Assembly: GCA_044892525.1 (NCBI GenBank)
Contig: CM097887.1
Location: 73,098,001-73,162,000, forward strand
DNA: 64,000 nt
Direction of reading: 5' to 3'
From: Schmidtea polychroa
Lineage: Eukaryota
The translations under genes were made by a program, and so were the position numbers. Under the pieces are notes generated by a model. That model worked only from the letters and a program-made list of their open reading frames with translations. It was not told where the DNA came from and searched no databases. Below are positions 12,351-25,769 of this stretch, one piece after another. How positions within the stretch are numbered: the stretch's first letter is position 1; each line of letters starts with the position of its first letter.

Positions 12351-13095
12351 TTATCAATCAAATGGAATAAATAATTAACAAACGTCTTTATTAAAAATAT
12401 ATTTTCTAAATTATTTTTCATTATATAAATTCATTGAAAAATCAGAAATATCTTTTGAAATGCATAAAATTATTTTCGATTTTGAGCTGCCCATTCTAAA
12501 CTATAAAAATTATTTAAATAATAACTCAAGTACTTTATACAGATTTTTTTTTAATTTTATTTTTTCTGTCTTGTTTGTGAAAAAAGGTGGCAAAAAGGAA
12601 AATATTGATAACTCATGAATGGCTTTCAAAGTCATTTAATTTCTATTTGTTGTTTACTTAGCATGAATTTTTTGCACTGACTCTCAAGCGTTTCCCTTAT
12701 TTCGAATAAATTACTGTTTAAATATAAACCAAATTATTAATCGAAATTCTTAAAAAAGAAATGAAAATAAAGAACTCGGAAAAAATATATGTTCCAGATA
12801 AAAGATTTTATACGTAGCATGAACTGCTCCAGAATTTTTAAAACATTGTATATGATTGTGTGAGGACATTTTTATTCTCAATGCCCTTTATATATATATG
12901 TATATATATTAATTTTTTGGCTATTAATATATATTAGTCAATTTTACTACTATAGTTAAATTAACTTCAAATAAATGTTGATACGGTTCAACGAGAAATG
13001 CTGAACTCATTTTGACATAGAAATGGGGTCAGGGATAGTGCAAAAATATCCTGGTGCAACAAGGGAAATGGTTTTAAGTACAAATTTAAAATTTA

Positions 13096-13993
13096 CTAAG
13101 AACTTTCTGTTATTTCGGAAACTGAAATATCATTGACTAGTAGAGAATATATCATTCCATGCCCACGTTGCCCGCTCGATTCAATCATAATAACGCATGA
13201 ATTGTTGTTGATCTGAAAATGATTATTCGTTCCGCTATCACTGAATTCTCCCTAAAAAAATTATAATCATAACGTAACAAGGTCAATCTGAATATTTTCT
13301 TATTACTCGAAAAGTAAATCCAGTGAAAATTGGAATTTTAAGTTAAAATTAAACGAAAAATAAATTAATTTTATTTTTCGAATCGGCCATATTTTTTTAG
13401 CTTGATTTAGTTAAAATTTCATTCACAAAATAATTTATTAAAAATATTAATAACAAAACCAATTAAATAATTAAAATAATAAATGTATATGTATTCTTAC
13501 AGTGCTTTCTACCTTCATTCCATCGACGAAAATGTCTAACGTGTTCTTGTCTGAATTATTAATTATCGATTGAATTAAATATCGTATTCCAATTGCAAAT
13601 CAAGTTCACCTAAAACAACTTTGTATTCTTTCCCTTGTAAATCTACAACCCAGCACTTTATCAATAAATCTTGTTGATCAATAAATTTCTCAAGTGATTT
13701 GTTATTAATGAAAAGAGTATAAGAATATGAAAATGTTGAATTATTAGCAATAACTAATTTGCAGTTATATCCATCAACTTTAAAGTGCTCATTTCCAACT
13801 AACTCAAACATGTAGTCCACTTTTTTGACAATCTAGTTACAATTAAACCTACTTAATCTACTTTCAGTGATCGTACTTCATTATTAACACGAATAATTCG
13901 CTTTCCACTTATTGAACTATGTTCGAATTCTACTGTATGTGTCTTCCCACTAATTGGAAATTGCCATCGAGCAACAAAGTTGTTTTTAGACGT
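13096..13993 (-). CDS. FAIM: Fas apoptotic inhibitory molecule; exons 13993-13877, 13832-13610, 13550-13501, 13251-13096; ATG exon not resolved
   Basis: Spliced translation VARWQFPISGKTHTVEFEHSSISGKRIIRVNNE-IVKKVDYMFELVGNEHF...YSYTLFINNKSL...KVVLDKNTLDIFVDG...GEFSDSGTNNHF matches the FAIM1 pattern. All introns GT-AG with consistent phases. Confidence 0.92.
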
Positions 13994-14985
13994 CTAAAAT
14001 TTGGGAAATGATATTCGATTAATTTGTATTATTAAATTTAGTATAATTAAGTTATAATTAATAATACAATTTATTAAAAAAACTTCGTGGTATCAACATA
14101 AAACAATATTTAAAACATCGTAATAAAAAGTGAATCAGTAAAAAATTATATAAATAATATTGTTAGATGTACATAGCAATGACCTTGGATTATTTTAACA
14201 AAGCTTCAATTTTAAAATTATAACGAATATATAATATTTTTGAAGTTATTTTTCAAATTTTGCCTGAAAATAATTACAATTAAATAAATAATTACTAAAA
14301 ATGAAAAGTGAAAATATAAAAATTTTGAAAAAAATATTACTGGTATAAATATTACAAAAATAGAAATTCAATTGGGTAAAAGTTAGTTTTAGACTTTAAT
14401 TTTGTTGGTTTTATTGGTATCCTTAATAATGATGCAAACTAGCAACAAGTTTAATTAAATCCGAAAATAAACAAGTGTTAGATGACAGGAGCAAGCCCAG
14501 ATACGCTTTTGTCCAAGCAAGCGACTACAGGACTGGACTGAATAAATTTAGTGTAAATGTCTGTAATGAAAAGTGAAAACGCAATCCAACTCACTTCTTG
14601 AATGGCTCGAATTATTGATTGACAATTTTTAACAATTTTGGTTTTACTCAGCAAGAACATTATGATAAAATACTAATTTATTTTTAGTTGTAAAATATTT
14701 ATGTTTTGTGTTTATTTGTAAAAAATTTTATAATGTAGTTGTATTCAAATTATATTTTGATTTCGGCATAATTATTGTATGGTCAATAACTACTGTATGA
14801 GTATAAAAAAAATGTATCATAATTTAGAATTAACCAATGGTAACACATTTATTCTAGATATTAATTAAATCATCAGTTAGACTTAAAAAATGTATTTACA
14901 TTATTCATAGTAGTTAAGTAACATTAATTATTCATATTACCATATTTATCAGTTAGAATTAAAATCATTTATTTATATTACCATC

Positions 14986-17900
14986 CAGGGCCGGCCCAAG
15001 TGCAAGGCGAACAAGGCAATAGCCTTGGGCCCGCGATTTTCAGAGCCTTGCGCTTTGACTTAACATTAATTTTACTGTATAAAAAACGAAAAAGTCACAT
15101 TTTTGTATAAGGAAACTGAACCATCTGAAAACACCTACAAAAAATTTCTAAACGAATTAAAACTATAAAATCAGACTTTTTTATATCTTTTTAACAGCTC
15201 TAAAAATCAAAAAAAGTTTTTTTGCTTCAGTAGGAGGATAGGCCTTCAGTATAGTCCAATGGCAATTTATATTGGAAAATATAAACTTTACATTAATTAA
15301 CTTTATTTAGCTTTAAATAAGAATTGTTTAAATGATTTAAATAGGAATTGTTATTTGAATTCAAAGATTTCCATTAATTGATTTTTTAGTTGAGCGGATA
15401 TGTCACCAAAACGAGATCGCGATTTTGGCAGAAAATAATAAAGTGGGAATGAAAAGAAAAAATAAAAGCAACGCAAGAAATCCAAATTATGGGATTAACA
15501 CAATTTCTCAATAAATTTCTTGTACAACAACATCAAAGTTCGTCAACATCGTCAACTTCTGAAGAATACTAAGATGCAGCAACTTATGAAAATAACACAG
15601 AGTCTAGTATCGATACTTCTGATGTTGGAATTGTTGATACTTCTCAGATTACAAGGACACGGATATCTGCAACTGCAAATGAAGAAACAGAAGAGTTGGT
15701 TGGTTTGATAAATGTAAATGATGATTTTAGTGATCCAGCAACTTGACCAGGACATTTGAATGCAGACACTAGTTCTACAATTGTTTGCAATGGGCCAAAA
15801 AAATTGAAGAAAAAGATTTTCCAGCAGATAGCAATAGACGGAAATTTTCAGCAGCTAAGAACAAAATGTTTTGTTTCTGTTGCAAACTTTTTTGGCAACA
15901 CTTTGTCTGTTCTGGGATCCAACGGGATTTGTGACTGGAAAATGCCAGTGTGAGACTCTCTGATCATGAGAAATCAAAGGGACATATGACATCTACTTTG
16001 GAATGGTTTGAACTGGAAAATAGGCTAACAAATCGATGCACAATTAACAAACAGAGCCAAAAATTAATAAACAGTGAAAAGGCTCGTTAGCATAGTGTAT
16101 TTCAACGCCTAATGGTCATAGTCCAATTTCTTTCTGAGCACAACATGGCTTTTCGTTGTTCAATCGATAAACTACATAAGGCACACAATGGAAACTTTTT
16201 GGGTCTCGTTGAATTGCTGGCAAAATTTGATCCGGTCTAAGAATACAAACTGATGAAATTCATCAACACTACTTGGGAAAGCGAATTCAAGACGAGTTCA
16301 TTTCGTTGATGGAAAACAAGATAAGGGAAATTATTGTAGGACGAGTAAAATCTGCTTAATACTTTTCAATAATATTTGATTGCACACCAGAACAAAGTCC
16401 CCAAGAACAGATATCACTGACAATTCGCTATGCAAGCCCAGGAGTAGGATATTCTGAAGTAATTCACGAGCACTTCCTTCGTTTTCTAGAAGTAGAAGAA
16501 AGTACTGGATAACATTGGAACTATTGGAACTGACAAGATTGGGCTTACATGTTTCTAATATTCGCAGTCAAAGATACAACAACGATGCGAACATGAAGGG
16601 GCATTAGTCAGACGTACAGGCTCGTCTTTTACAATTAAATCCTAGAGCATTTTTTACCCCTTGTACCTGTCAAAGCTGCACCTTGCTGCTATGTGATATG
16701 GCAAATATTTTTTGGTATAATTCAAACAAATCTGTTTTATTTTGTGCTTCAACAATCTATGGGCTATCTTTTCCAAGTATGTTCGAAATATTTCAGTAAA
16801 ACCAGTTTGTGAAACAAAATGGGAAAGCCGTGTTGAAAGTGTAAAGGCAGTGCGATATGAAGCAAGCAAAATCTATGATGCGCTTTTCGAAGTAGTGATC
16901 CAAAAGCTCGAAGCAGAGTCATTGTGCAAACAACTTAAGAACTTCAATTTATTGTTTCAATTGTTTTTTTGTATGACATATTGTTCCAGTTTAATTACAT
17001 CAGCAAAGAATTACAAAAGATTTCTGTCGATCTACCAACTGCAATTGACAGCATAGAACATACTTGCAAATGGTTGGAATCTTACAGAGATGACGGTTTT
17101 GAAACAGCAATAGCAATTGCAAAAGAAATTGCCAAGGACTTAGAAGTTGAACCCATTTTTAAAGAGACTAGAGTGCGAAAAAGAAATAAACAATTTTCAT
17201 ATGAAGTAGAAAATGAAGGATTTGTAAATCCACAAGAAAAGTTTCGCACTGATTTTTTAAACCAGATTGTTGATGTTGCAATAATGTCGATAGACAGTCG
17301 ATTTGAACAACTACAAATGCATCATAACTCGTTTGGATTTCATTATAAATTTCATCAATTACAAAAAAAACGATCTACTGAATTGCAGTATGAATCTGGA
17401 GAAAATGCTCACAGCCTGCGAAAGTAAAGATTTTGATGGTTTCATGCTTGCTGAAGAGTTGCAATCATTGAATTCCAGAATTCCTACTGCCACATACAAC
17501 GATCTTGTTAAGAATTTCCAGTTACTGTTAGTAAACAAGCGCTATAGTGACTTTCCGAACACACACATTGCACTTCGAATACTTTTAACTATTCATGTCA
17601 CTGTTGGTTCCGGGGAAAGAAGCTTTTCGAAACTTAAACTTATTAAAACCTATATGCGATCAACAATGATTCAAGATCGGCTCAGTAACCTAGCTATTTT
17701 GTCAATTGAGAATAATGTTGCTAAGGATCTTGACAATAATGAACTTATTACAGATTTTGCAGTCGCCAAAGCTCGCAAGATTTGGTTGTAAGTTGTAAAA
17801 CCAAGGTGGAAGTAGAAGATACAACCAAACCAATTCTATAGTGTATATACTTTATAAAGTAGAATTATATATGAACTGTCAATTTGCATGCCAAAACAAA

Positions 17901-18146
17901 ACATTTTAACTATTAATTTTTTTTGAGTTTTATGATTTTCAGTTAAATGAATAAAACTGTAATTATTGATGTGTCAACGCTGTTATAGAATAAAAATTTA
18001 AGTAATTTAATTTTTTATTTCCCATTATTTTAATATATGTAGAAATGCAATTTTTTGCATGGGTCTCGCTCCTCGTCTGCTGCCTCGGGAATGGGCCCGC
18101 TCATCATTTGCTGCCTTGGGCCCCGCATGCTCTAGGGCGGGCTCTG
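14986..18146 (+). mobile_element. hAT DNA transposon, full-length but decayed
   Basis: Imperfect TIRs CAGGGCCGGCCC / GGGCGGGCTCTG. Perfect 8-bp TSD TTACCATC (14978-85 and 18147-54). Subterminal gccttgggccc repeats. Confidence 0.93.
15400..17791 (+). pseudogene. hAT (ZMYM1/DUF4371-like) transposase pseudogene with stops and frameshifts
   Basis: Fragments GNFLGLVELLAKFD, YFSIIFDCTP, CETKWESRVESVKAVR, and dimerisation motif LRILLTIHVTVGSGERSFSKLKLIKTYMRSTMIQDRLSNLAILSIE, split over frames. Confidence 0.9.
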
Positions 18147-18997
18147 TTACCATCTAATGGTAATTCGGAAAATAAATCATATATAAATATTTATAATTAT
18201 TTATATTTTTATAAAGTAACGTAGATCTATAAGAAGAGCGCTAAATCTTAATTTTCGCCTTTTAAAATCTCAGTCATATAATTGATAGGAAATTTTGTGA
18301 GTAAATCTCTAAATATTTTTGACAATTGACATAACGAAATTCGAAAAGGATTTTAGTCAAATAAATACATTTTTTGTTCACCGAAATACAACAATCGCCT
18401 ACTGTCAGAAAACAAATACGCACACGCATCAAGCTTATAATTTTTACTATTTATGATATCTTATCATTGCAAGTCAATTTATGTTTTTAATAAAATTTTT
18501 ATACAGATAAAGTCTTTATTCTGATTTATATAGTTTAGATCTCACCCCCATTCACGGAGACCTCAACACAAGTAAAATATGGAGACCAAACTAAAACATT
18601 ACAGAATAAATATAAACCAAAAATAAAATAGATTAACAAAAACACTAAATATACGAAATATTAAAAAAACGAACAATATAAGAAACAAGTTTGAAATACT
18701 TGTAGGAAATGGAAATTAGTCTATGAAATAACTCTTTTATTATTAATTAAAACTATGGTAGGTCTATTTCTTAAGTACTTTTAATTTTCTGCAATTGAAT
18801 TTGGAATATAATTAATATTTTATTACCAACACTAATATTGGCCACCGTGTTATACAAAACAATTCAAAATATAAAAATTCGATAAAAAAGTGTTAATGAA
18901 CATGAAATATGAAATAATAAAATGTAATTAAAGAAATGCAAATAAAAATAAAATAATTCATTTGTAAAAACATATAAAACAAGAAATTAGCATTAAG

Positions 18998-20761
18998 TTA
19001 TTTGAGATCTTCTACAATTGTAGAATCTTCGGTATCTGAAATGTACTTCGGTTCACCAGTATAATGAGTTGGTTCCAACAATAAAGGTTCAGAAGAAATT
19101 GCTACTAGGTTTCGAGGAGAAAATTGTTGTTTCCAGTCATCTTGAGGATGTCTATCAAACATAATTGGCAAAAATTCATCTACAGCTATCATTTTTGATA
19201 AGGGATTCTGTGCAAGAACTTTTTCCACTCCTTTTCGGTTGATTATATAACTTAATGTCCAATAAGTATAATCTGGATAGACCAAGTGGGCGTCATCCGA
19301 TACATACGCTTCTTTGTCTGACATTCGTTTTCTACCAAGATAGAATAACTCCCAATCTGGTTTAAAAATTTCTGCCTCTTTCATAACCACATTAAGACTT
19401 CTTTTAAATCCTGGGCCAAATCTAATATCATCTTCAAATATCAATATTTTTTCATAATTATTATCCATCATGTCTTTCCAAATGAAATAATGACTCAAAA
19501 AACATCCAATCTCGCCCATTTTCAAATCTCTTTTATGATAAGGATCAGAGTAACCAGGAAGTTGCTTTACATTCAAAGAATCTAAATAAGTTTTGTTCAA
19601 TTTCTTTCCATCAACAGCTTCGAAATATTTCGCATCAATGCCCAACTCATCGAAAATATATTCCATTTTTAAACGTCTATCTGTTCGTCTTTTGAGATTG
19701 ATAAGATAAATTTCATCAAAACCCAACTTCGATTTTTCTGGTAAAGATGTTGGTAGATATTTGGATGTTCTTAAAACAAACAAATCTTCTTGATCTTCTC
19801 TGTCAAGCATTACCTGGAATTTGGCATGATTAAAAATTTCGATCTCCCGACTTATTCCATCATTTTCAACTGGACTACTAAAATAGCCATACAATTTCGT
19901 ATTGTCAATGTACATATGGGCATTATTTTTCTCAGCAGACTTTGCAAAGAGAATTATATCATCAATTGGATATTTGTTGTCAGCATCAGGTAAAAATGTT
20001 AAGTTGACAGTGCTTAACAAGTTTAAATCAATAAAATAAACACTATGAACCATGGGAACTTTAAAAATTCCTTTCTTTTCCCTTTTCTGAATGTCAAAGT
20101 AATCTTCTGATCGTTTGTAATAACCATTTTCTGTCATGTCACCCCAGAAATTTGAATATGGGCTTAAATTTGTACAATTAAGTAATGGAGAAACCACAGG
20201 CACTTTATGAGCCATTAAATCTTGGATAATGTTTTCATTGACAATCATAATATCAGCATCCATCATAAGTATATAATCAGCCCACACTGCTCGAGCTGAT
20301 TTTAAAGCTTGGTCCCTTAATTGAATAATGTGCTCGTATCTCTCTTTTGACCAGGTAGTAAGAATATCTTCTCCGAATCTTTCACCTTCATTAGAAACTT
20401 GATAGTCAACATGGTGATATTCCGATTGAATTTGCAACATCCAGGTATTCATAATAACTGAACTATTGTCTTCGGAATGATCTAATCTTACATAAAGTCC
20501 AATATTTTTCTTTGGATAATTAAGTCTTTCAAGATTTCCAAGGAAGTATGGCAACGAATGAGCTTTGTTTCTAATAAAAAATGCGATTTGGATTTTTGGT
20601 AGTAATTTATGTGATTGCTCATTGAAATTGATTTCTGATCCCAGTTGGCTTCCATCAATAATGTCTCCATTGTTAGTAGGACAAATATTAATACAAATGA
20701 AAGCAAAAGATACTAAACAATTGATAAATATCATTTGAATCAGTTTTAATACCAACGTCAT
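18998..20761 (-). CDS. COLGALT1: Procollagen galactosyltransferase (GT25 family), single exon, 587 aa
   Basis: N-terminal hydrophobic segment; RNKAHSLPYFLGNLERLNYPK, YILMMDAD, YSNFWG, FKVPMVHS, FDEIYLINLKRRTDRR, GEIGCFLSH, FEDD, VDEFLPIM, EPTHYTGE. Confidence 0.95.
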   Translation of the reverse strand: MTLVLKLIQMIFINCLVSFAFICINICPTNNGDIIDGSQLGSEINFNEQSHKLLPKIQIAFFIRNKAHSLPYFLGNLERLNYPKKNIGLYVRLDHSEDNSSVIMNTWMLQIQSEYHHVDYQVSNEGERFGEDILTTWSKERYEHIIQLRDQALKSARAVWADYILMMDADIMIVNENIIQDLMAHKVPVVSPLLNCTNLSPYSNFWGDMTENGYYKRSEDYFDIQKREKKGIFKVPMVHSVYFIDLNLLSTVNLTFLPDADNKYPIDDIILFAKSAEKNNAHMYIDNTKLYGYFSSPVENDGISREIEIFNHAKFQVMLDREDQEDLFVLRTSKYLPTSLPEKSKLGFDEIYLINLKRRTDRRLKMEYIFDELGIDAKYFEAVDGKKLNKTYLDSLNVKQLPGYSDPYHKRDLKMGEIGCFLSHYFIWKDMMDNNYEKILIFEDDIRFGPGFKRSLNVVMKEAEIFKPDWELFYLGRKRMSDKEAYVSDDAHLVYPDYTYWTLSYIINRKGVEKVLAQNPLSKMIAVDEFLPIMFDRHPQDDWKQQFSPRNLVAISSEPLLLEPTHYTGEPKYISDTEDSTIVEDLK

Positions 20762-21988
20762 CTTGGGAGAGTGATATTTACCAAGCTGTCTTGATTTATC
20801 GAATTAAAATTGGTGTATTTCAAATACAACAGAATCCGGGTATTAATAGTTGTATTTATCAGATTCGTGACGTAAAACGACACACTTATGTGCTACTTAT
20901 GTACTGCTTAAATTCGTGAAATTGGGAAACGCATGCACAATTAAATTTAAAATGTAAACATACAAACTTGTTATTGGTTGATTAAATGTGTGTGCAAAAA
21001 TTCGTAAATGGGTGTTGATTTTGATGTAATTACATACATTCTAATGTACCTAGATGGTATTACAAATTATGCTCGAGAGATGCAACTCTAATACTAATTA
21101 TTTCTAATTATTACTCACGGATGAATCATTTAAAAAACTTTTTAATTACAAATGTAATTGCATAATTAAAATATTTGAAAATTACTACAAATTGTAGCTA
21201 TAATTAGTTAGGTAAAGTACTTGGAAATTTTTCTTTTATGGATTACATTTTTTCCTAACAAATTTTTCTGAATTTTTAAGTTCAGCTGTTCCTAAACTTC
21301 TACGATTCCACAAGATCCGCTATTAAAACTGTTAAGTATTTCGGACTTACATGTATAGAAGATCATGAGAATAAAAGGACGAAAGTAAAAAATAGAATTA
21401 AATAGATATATTTATTCAAAGCACATTCATCCTTAACAAAAATTAACAAATTTATTCTACATATTTATTTATTTGGTGATGACAGGCCCGATAAAGCTCA
21501 TTCGTAGGTCCCATGAGTTTAACTTTTAGAGGTTTATGTCTAGTATTACTAAAAGATTTTTTTAACAAATTTACATTAAAAAGATTTTTAAATAAATGAA
21601 TTTTGTTTTCGACAATAAATATTGAAATAGTTCAATTTCAATATAGCTTTTTTCTAATATTTTGATTGTAGTTTACAGGCTTTTGTAGCCCCTTAAAAGT
21701 TTTTAGGCCTCATGCACAGTGGACATTGTGACTATGGAGTAATACGGTCCTGGTTGTTGAAACATAATAAAATTTTTGCGAATAATGAGTTTGTTTTCCA
21801 TCTTTGTTTATGACATCTACATCATTTTCAACATTTATTTTGTTTCGATATTGTTTTTGACTGCAACCAACCCAGGAAATCCCACATCGCATATATACGA
21901 AGTTGTAAAGGATGAAATGCAATTTGCGTCCAGCTAATTGTCCAAAAAATTATTTGGGACGTGTTTTGTGTAAGGCATCGGGTATTAA

Positions 21989-22209
21989 CCATTTGAACCC
22001 TGAGGCGTTCATTGTACTAGTACACTAATCATGAGGACCTGAGTAATTCTTGACCAATAAGTTAAAAGTATCGTCTCGGTATTTTGTTCGCGGGCCAGTA
22101 TTATGGGCCGTAGGGTAATGAGAATATATATCGAGTTCAGTAATCAGACCATTAGGGAATATGTGTGGCTAAATCAGACCAGTTTGCCAGCTTATAAGGT
22201 TCAAAGGGT
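21989..22209. mobile_element. piggyBac-like MITE (about 220 bp)
   Basis: TTAA-CCATTTGAACC ... GGTTCAAAGGG(T)-TTAA: terminal inverted repeat with TTAA at both ends. Confidence 0.55.
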
Positions 22210-22748
22210 TTAATCACAACTTTTAACAATAAATATTCAAGAATCCATAATTTAAATTCACTTGGACAAATATATTAATGTTCAATTCAATTTTCCCCTG
22301 CAACAAAAGGAATTCTATTTTAGTTTGTTAATGTTATATAAATTAATGTACATAAAATTCAATTGATAAAGGTTAAGGTCAAGGCAGTTGAAGTTCAAAA
22401 TTTAATTAAAATTCAAAAAATTAATTTAAGTTAAAAAATTAATTAAAAAATTAGAAAATCGAAAAATCAATATTTTCCCAAAAAAAGGTATGTGAATAGT
22501 AAACAAAAAGATGTGTTCTTTTTGCCTATAAATGAATTTTATAACAGCAATGATAGGATGTTTTGTTAGTATAAATGATCACTCAGATTTAGTCGGGATA
22601 TGACAAATGTTTGCATATTGCGAATATCTCTCCTAAACCCGTATTAATAATATTCTGTTTTTGTTTATAATGGAATGAGATCATAATTTGTCATTATAGA
22701 GTTTGTTGAAATCTCAATTTAAATTTGGAATTCAGAAAAGATGACAAC

Positions 22749-24150
22749 TGTAGAGGATACCTAACCATTAAAATCAAATAATTATTAACTGTATGAAATG
22801 GAGGATGGGTTGTTCCAAGTTTTTGAGAAACAAAGGCTTTTAAAAATAAATTGAAAAAGAGAAGAAATTAACAAAGTCAATAAATTTAAACAATGAAACA
22901 CGAAAAGGTCCTTCTTAATTAATAAGTGCAAATTAGAAACGAGAAAACAAAACAAAAAATTTGAAGAATACCTTTTCTAAAATTATATACCTCGACAACT
23001 GTCAGAAATAATAGAAAAACTAGGGAAGATTCAAGAGAATGTGCTAGAAGTAAAAACAATTATTTGAAAGTGTTATTGGATGGCGACTATAAAAGCAAAT
23101 AAACATTTGGATTCAGAAACATAACTTGCAAAGAAAAAAGGAGATACAGCTTGTAAATAAAAAAAGAGACACGATTTTAGAAACAAAAAGACGGACGAGA
23201 AAAGAGGAATGTGTTGGGAAAAAACGAGGAGAAATAACCCGGTTGTTTAAATGAAGCGAAAGAACAACGCAGGAAAATGCGAAAAATTTAGATTGGAAAA
23301 ACACAAGAAATAAATAAGCACATAAAATAAAATAAGAGAGGAAATAAATTAAAATAGAAAATTAGATAAACCTCTTAAGTGGCGAATTTTGTTATCCGCT
23401 AGCGTATATATACGACTTGGGCATAGTGTTACAAAAAATGTAATATCTTATTGGATGATATTTATTAAGATAATATGTTAACAAAAGTTATATTTATGAT
23501 GTATTTTTATTCGTCTTATGTGTTTTGTAATGCATATGTTCATGATGTATATATAAGTCATAGCCACTTAAGAGGTTAAGAAACAAAAGATGTAAATAGG
23601 GCAAAAATTAAAAATTAAAAAACAAGAAAACGAAAAAATACAGAAAAACCCTAATTAAAACAAAAAAAATCAATGATTTTAAAAATGCAAAAAATACAAA
23701 TACGGTTTCAATAACGCTTATAAACGATAGCTTAGAGATGGAAAAATAATAAGTAAGGAAAGGCGAATAAACGAACTATCAGAATAAACATTTTAGAGAA
23801 AAAGTTGGTGGAAATAGGGAAAATAAAATTTCATAAAGTAACGGGAAATGCTCGAAAAAGAAATCACAGAGAAAGAAAGGGAAAAAGAATAATTAAGGAT
23901 TTAATAATTAATAAGTAAATTTATAATTAAGGATGAGGAGAGAAGAGAGTGGTAAAAATTTTATTTTACTGTCCAAATTTGGACATAATTATCAAAATAA
24001 AATTTGCAGTTAGAAAAAGGTAGGTACTGAATCAACAGCACTACTTGAAATTGTTCAACAGCTGATGGAGTGCTCTGAAAATACATAGTAAACTCGGTAA
24101 AGTGGAATCTTATCTGAGTTAAAGCAATTTTTTCATTTCTCGTTTTCTTT
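22749..24150. mobile_element. Diverged LTR-like relic related to the 26704/33770 LTR family; right end approximate
   Basis: Starts TGTAGAGGATACCTAA versus TGTTGAGGATACCTAA in the related copies; similar A/G-rich body. Confidence 0.4.
23371..23575. mobile_element. piggyBac-like MITE (205 bp) nested in the LTR relic
   Basis: Perfect 13-bp TIR CCTCTTAAGTGGC / GCCACTTAAGAGG. TTAA on the right, TAAA on the left. Confidence 0.7.
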
Positions 24151-24934
24151 TGTTTAAATTTTATGAAGTTAACATTTATTTTTTTTAAAACAACTTTTTG
24201 CTTATGTATTAATGATTGGAATAACCCAATCGGAAAAACACAAGAAAACTAACAAACTAAAAAACGAACAAACTCAAAGCAAATGCACCACAAAAACAAA
24301 ATTTCCACAAAAATTCTTCAAAAACTTCCGAAAACTACGAGAAACTTTACAACACTACTACAAAAAACTACGAAAAACAAATTACGAAAACCAAAAAATT
24401 TCAACAACTACGGAAAGTTTTAAGAGAAGAAGTCACAACAACCGAGCCCAAAAATCAATTTTAACAAAATATCAGCAGAAAGAACGAGGAATATTCAAAC
24501 GAATTTTCGAACAATCAAACCAGGAGCAGTTAACAGAAAGCAAAAATAAAATTATACCATTTATTGTAAATGAATATGTTGCGGTTAAATAAAATTGTTA
24601 GCATGTCCTTGTATTACATTTTTAAGAGATTACATTTTATTTCATAACTTATAGCATTTTAGGAAAATAAGATGTTTGGTCCCAGATCGAAGGATCACTC
24701 GTTCAAAGATTCCGAATTGATTTTTTTAATTAATTAAATGAATTTAACAATATTTAACTGAGAATGAACGTCTTCAGGAGTTATTGTTAAATCGGACCCA
24801 ACGAGAAGTAGTAGGAATTGCTGGGTTATTTGAATAAATTTATAAACATTGTCTACATAAATAAATCTTTATGAATTAATAATAATAATTATTGCCCAAT
24901 AATTTTGATGTGTTGGATGTTTTTTGCAAGTCGG

Positions 24935-25560
24935 TGTCACGGTCTGACTCCTTTGTGTCCTTTTTGAAATTACGTTAAACAACCGAACACAGTAATCTTT
25001 ATTCGAGACTAATACAATTACACTTTTAGTTACACTCTTTAATGAAACAACCACAACTATAAACAATTCTTTTGCTCTGCACCTTTCAATATCAATCTGA
25101 ACATTGCACAGGGATTGATCTTTCGATGGGAGATGATCTTTTCTAGTACGCTTGATTCGAAAATATATAATTATCACTAAGTTCAATTCTCCTTTGCTTC
25201 CTCTCGCTAGATTATCTCTTTGCGTTTCTTCGACCTACGGCAATCCTGTTTACTTACCGGTCACTTTTATATCCATCTCGTAATTTGATTTTCCCTTTTC
25301 AAATTATTTTGGATTCATTTTCCTCGGGCTTCTTCTTATCTACCTAATTAGTTTTGGCAATTTTCTTCTCTATTTGAGAGCTTGCCCCAATTTAATTATT
25401 CTTCGGCTGATTTAATTGCCTCTAACTAATTTGATTAGCCATTCGGGTTCTCTCACACTGCTCGGATTTTCCATTGGCGCGGGTTTCCCATTAGCTCTGG
25501 TTCTCCATTAGCTCGGGTTTTCTGTTAGCTCGAGTATCAGATTTAAATTCCTATCCTTAT
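24935..25560 (-). mobile_element. Probable LTR relic on the minus strand
   Basis: On the minus strand: repeated CCAAT/CTAAT-like boxes, TATAAAA near 25265, AATAAA near 24995, and a ...GTGACA end. No TSD established. Confidence 0.35.
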
Positions 25561-25769
25561 TTTTCATATTTATCATATTAATTATATAATATAAATGGAT
25601 AATAAATATGACGAATAATTAATTAGTTAGTTTATATATAATTTTATGTTATATGAGATTTTAATATAAATGGGTAATAAATATAAATAGTTAAAATTGA
25701 TATAATATAACATATTTTTTATATAGTTATTAAATAATTTAATTACTTAATTTTATCTTATCTTACTTT

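Noticed and set aside
21483-21752. Possible old hAT MITE (CAGGCCCG...CGGTCCTG)
   Set aside because: TIRs are weak and the putative 8-bp TSD matches only 6/8.
24212-24592. 126-aa Lys/Asn/Gln-rich ORF
   Set aside because: Low-complexity A-rich repeat DNA, no domain.
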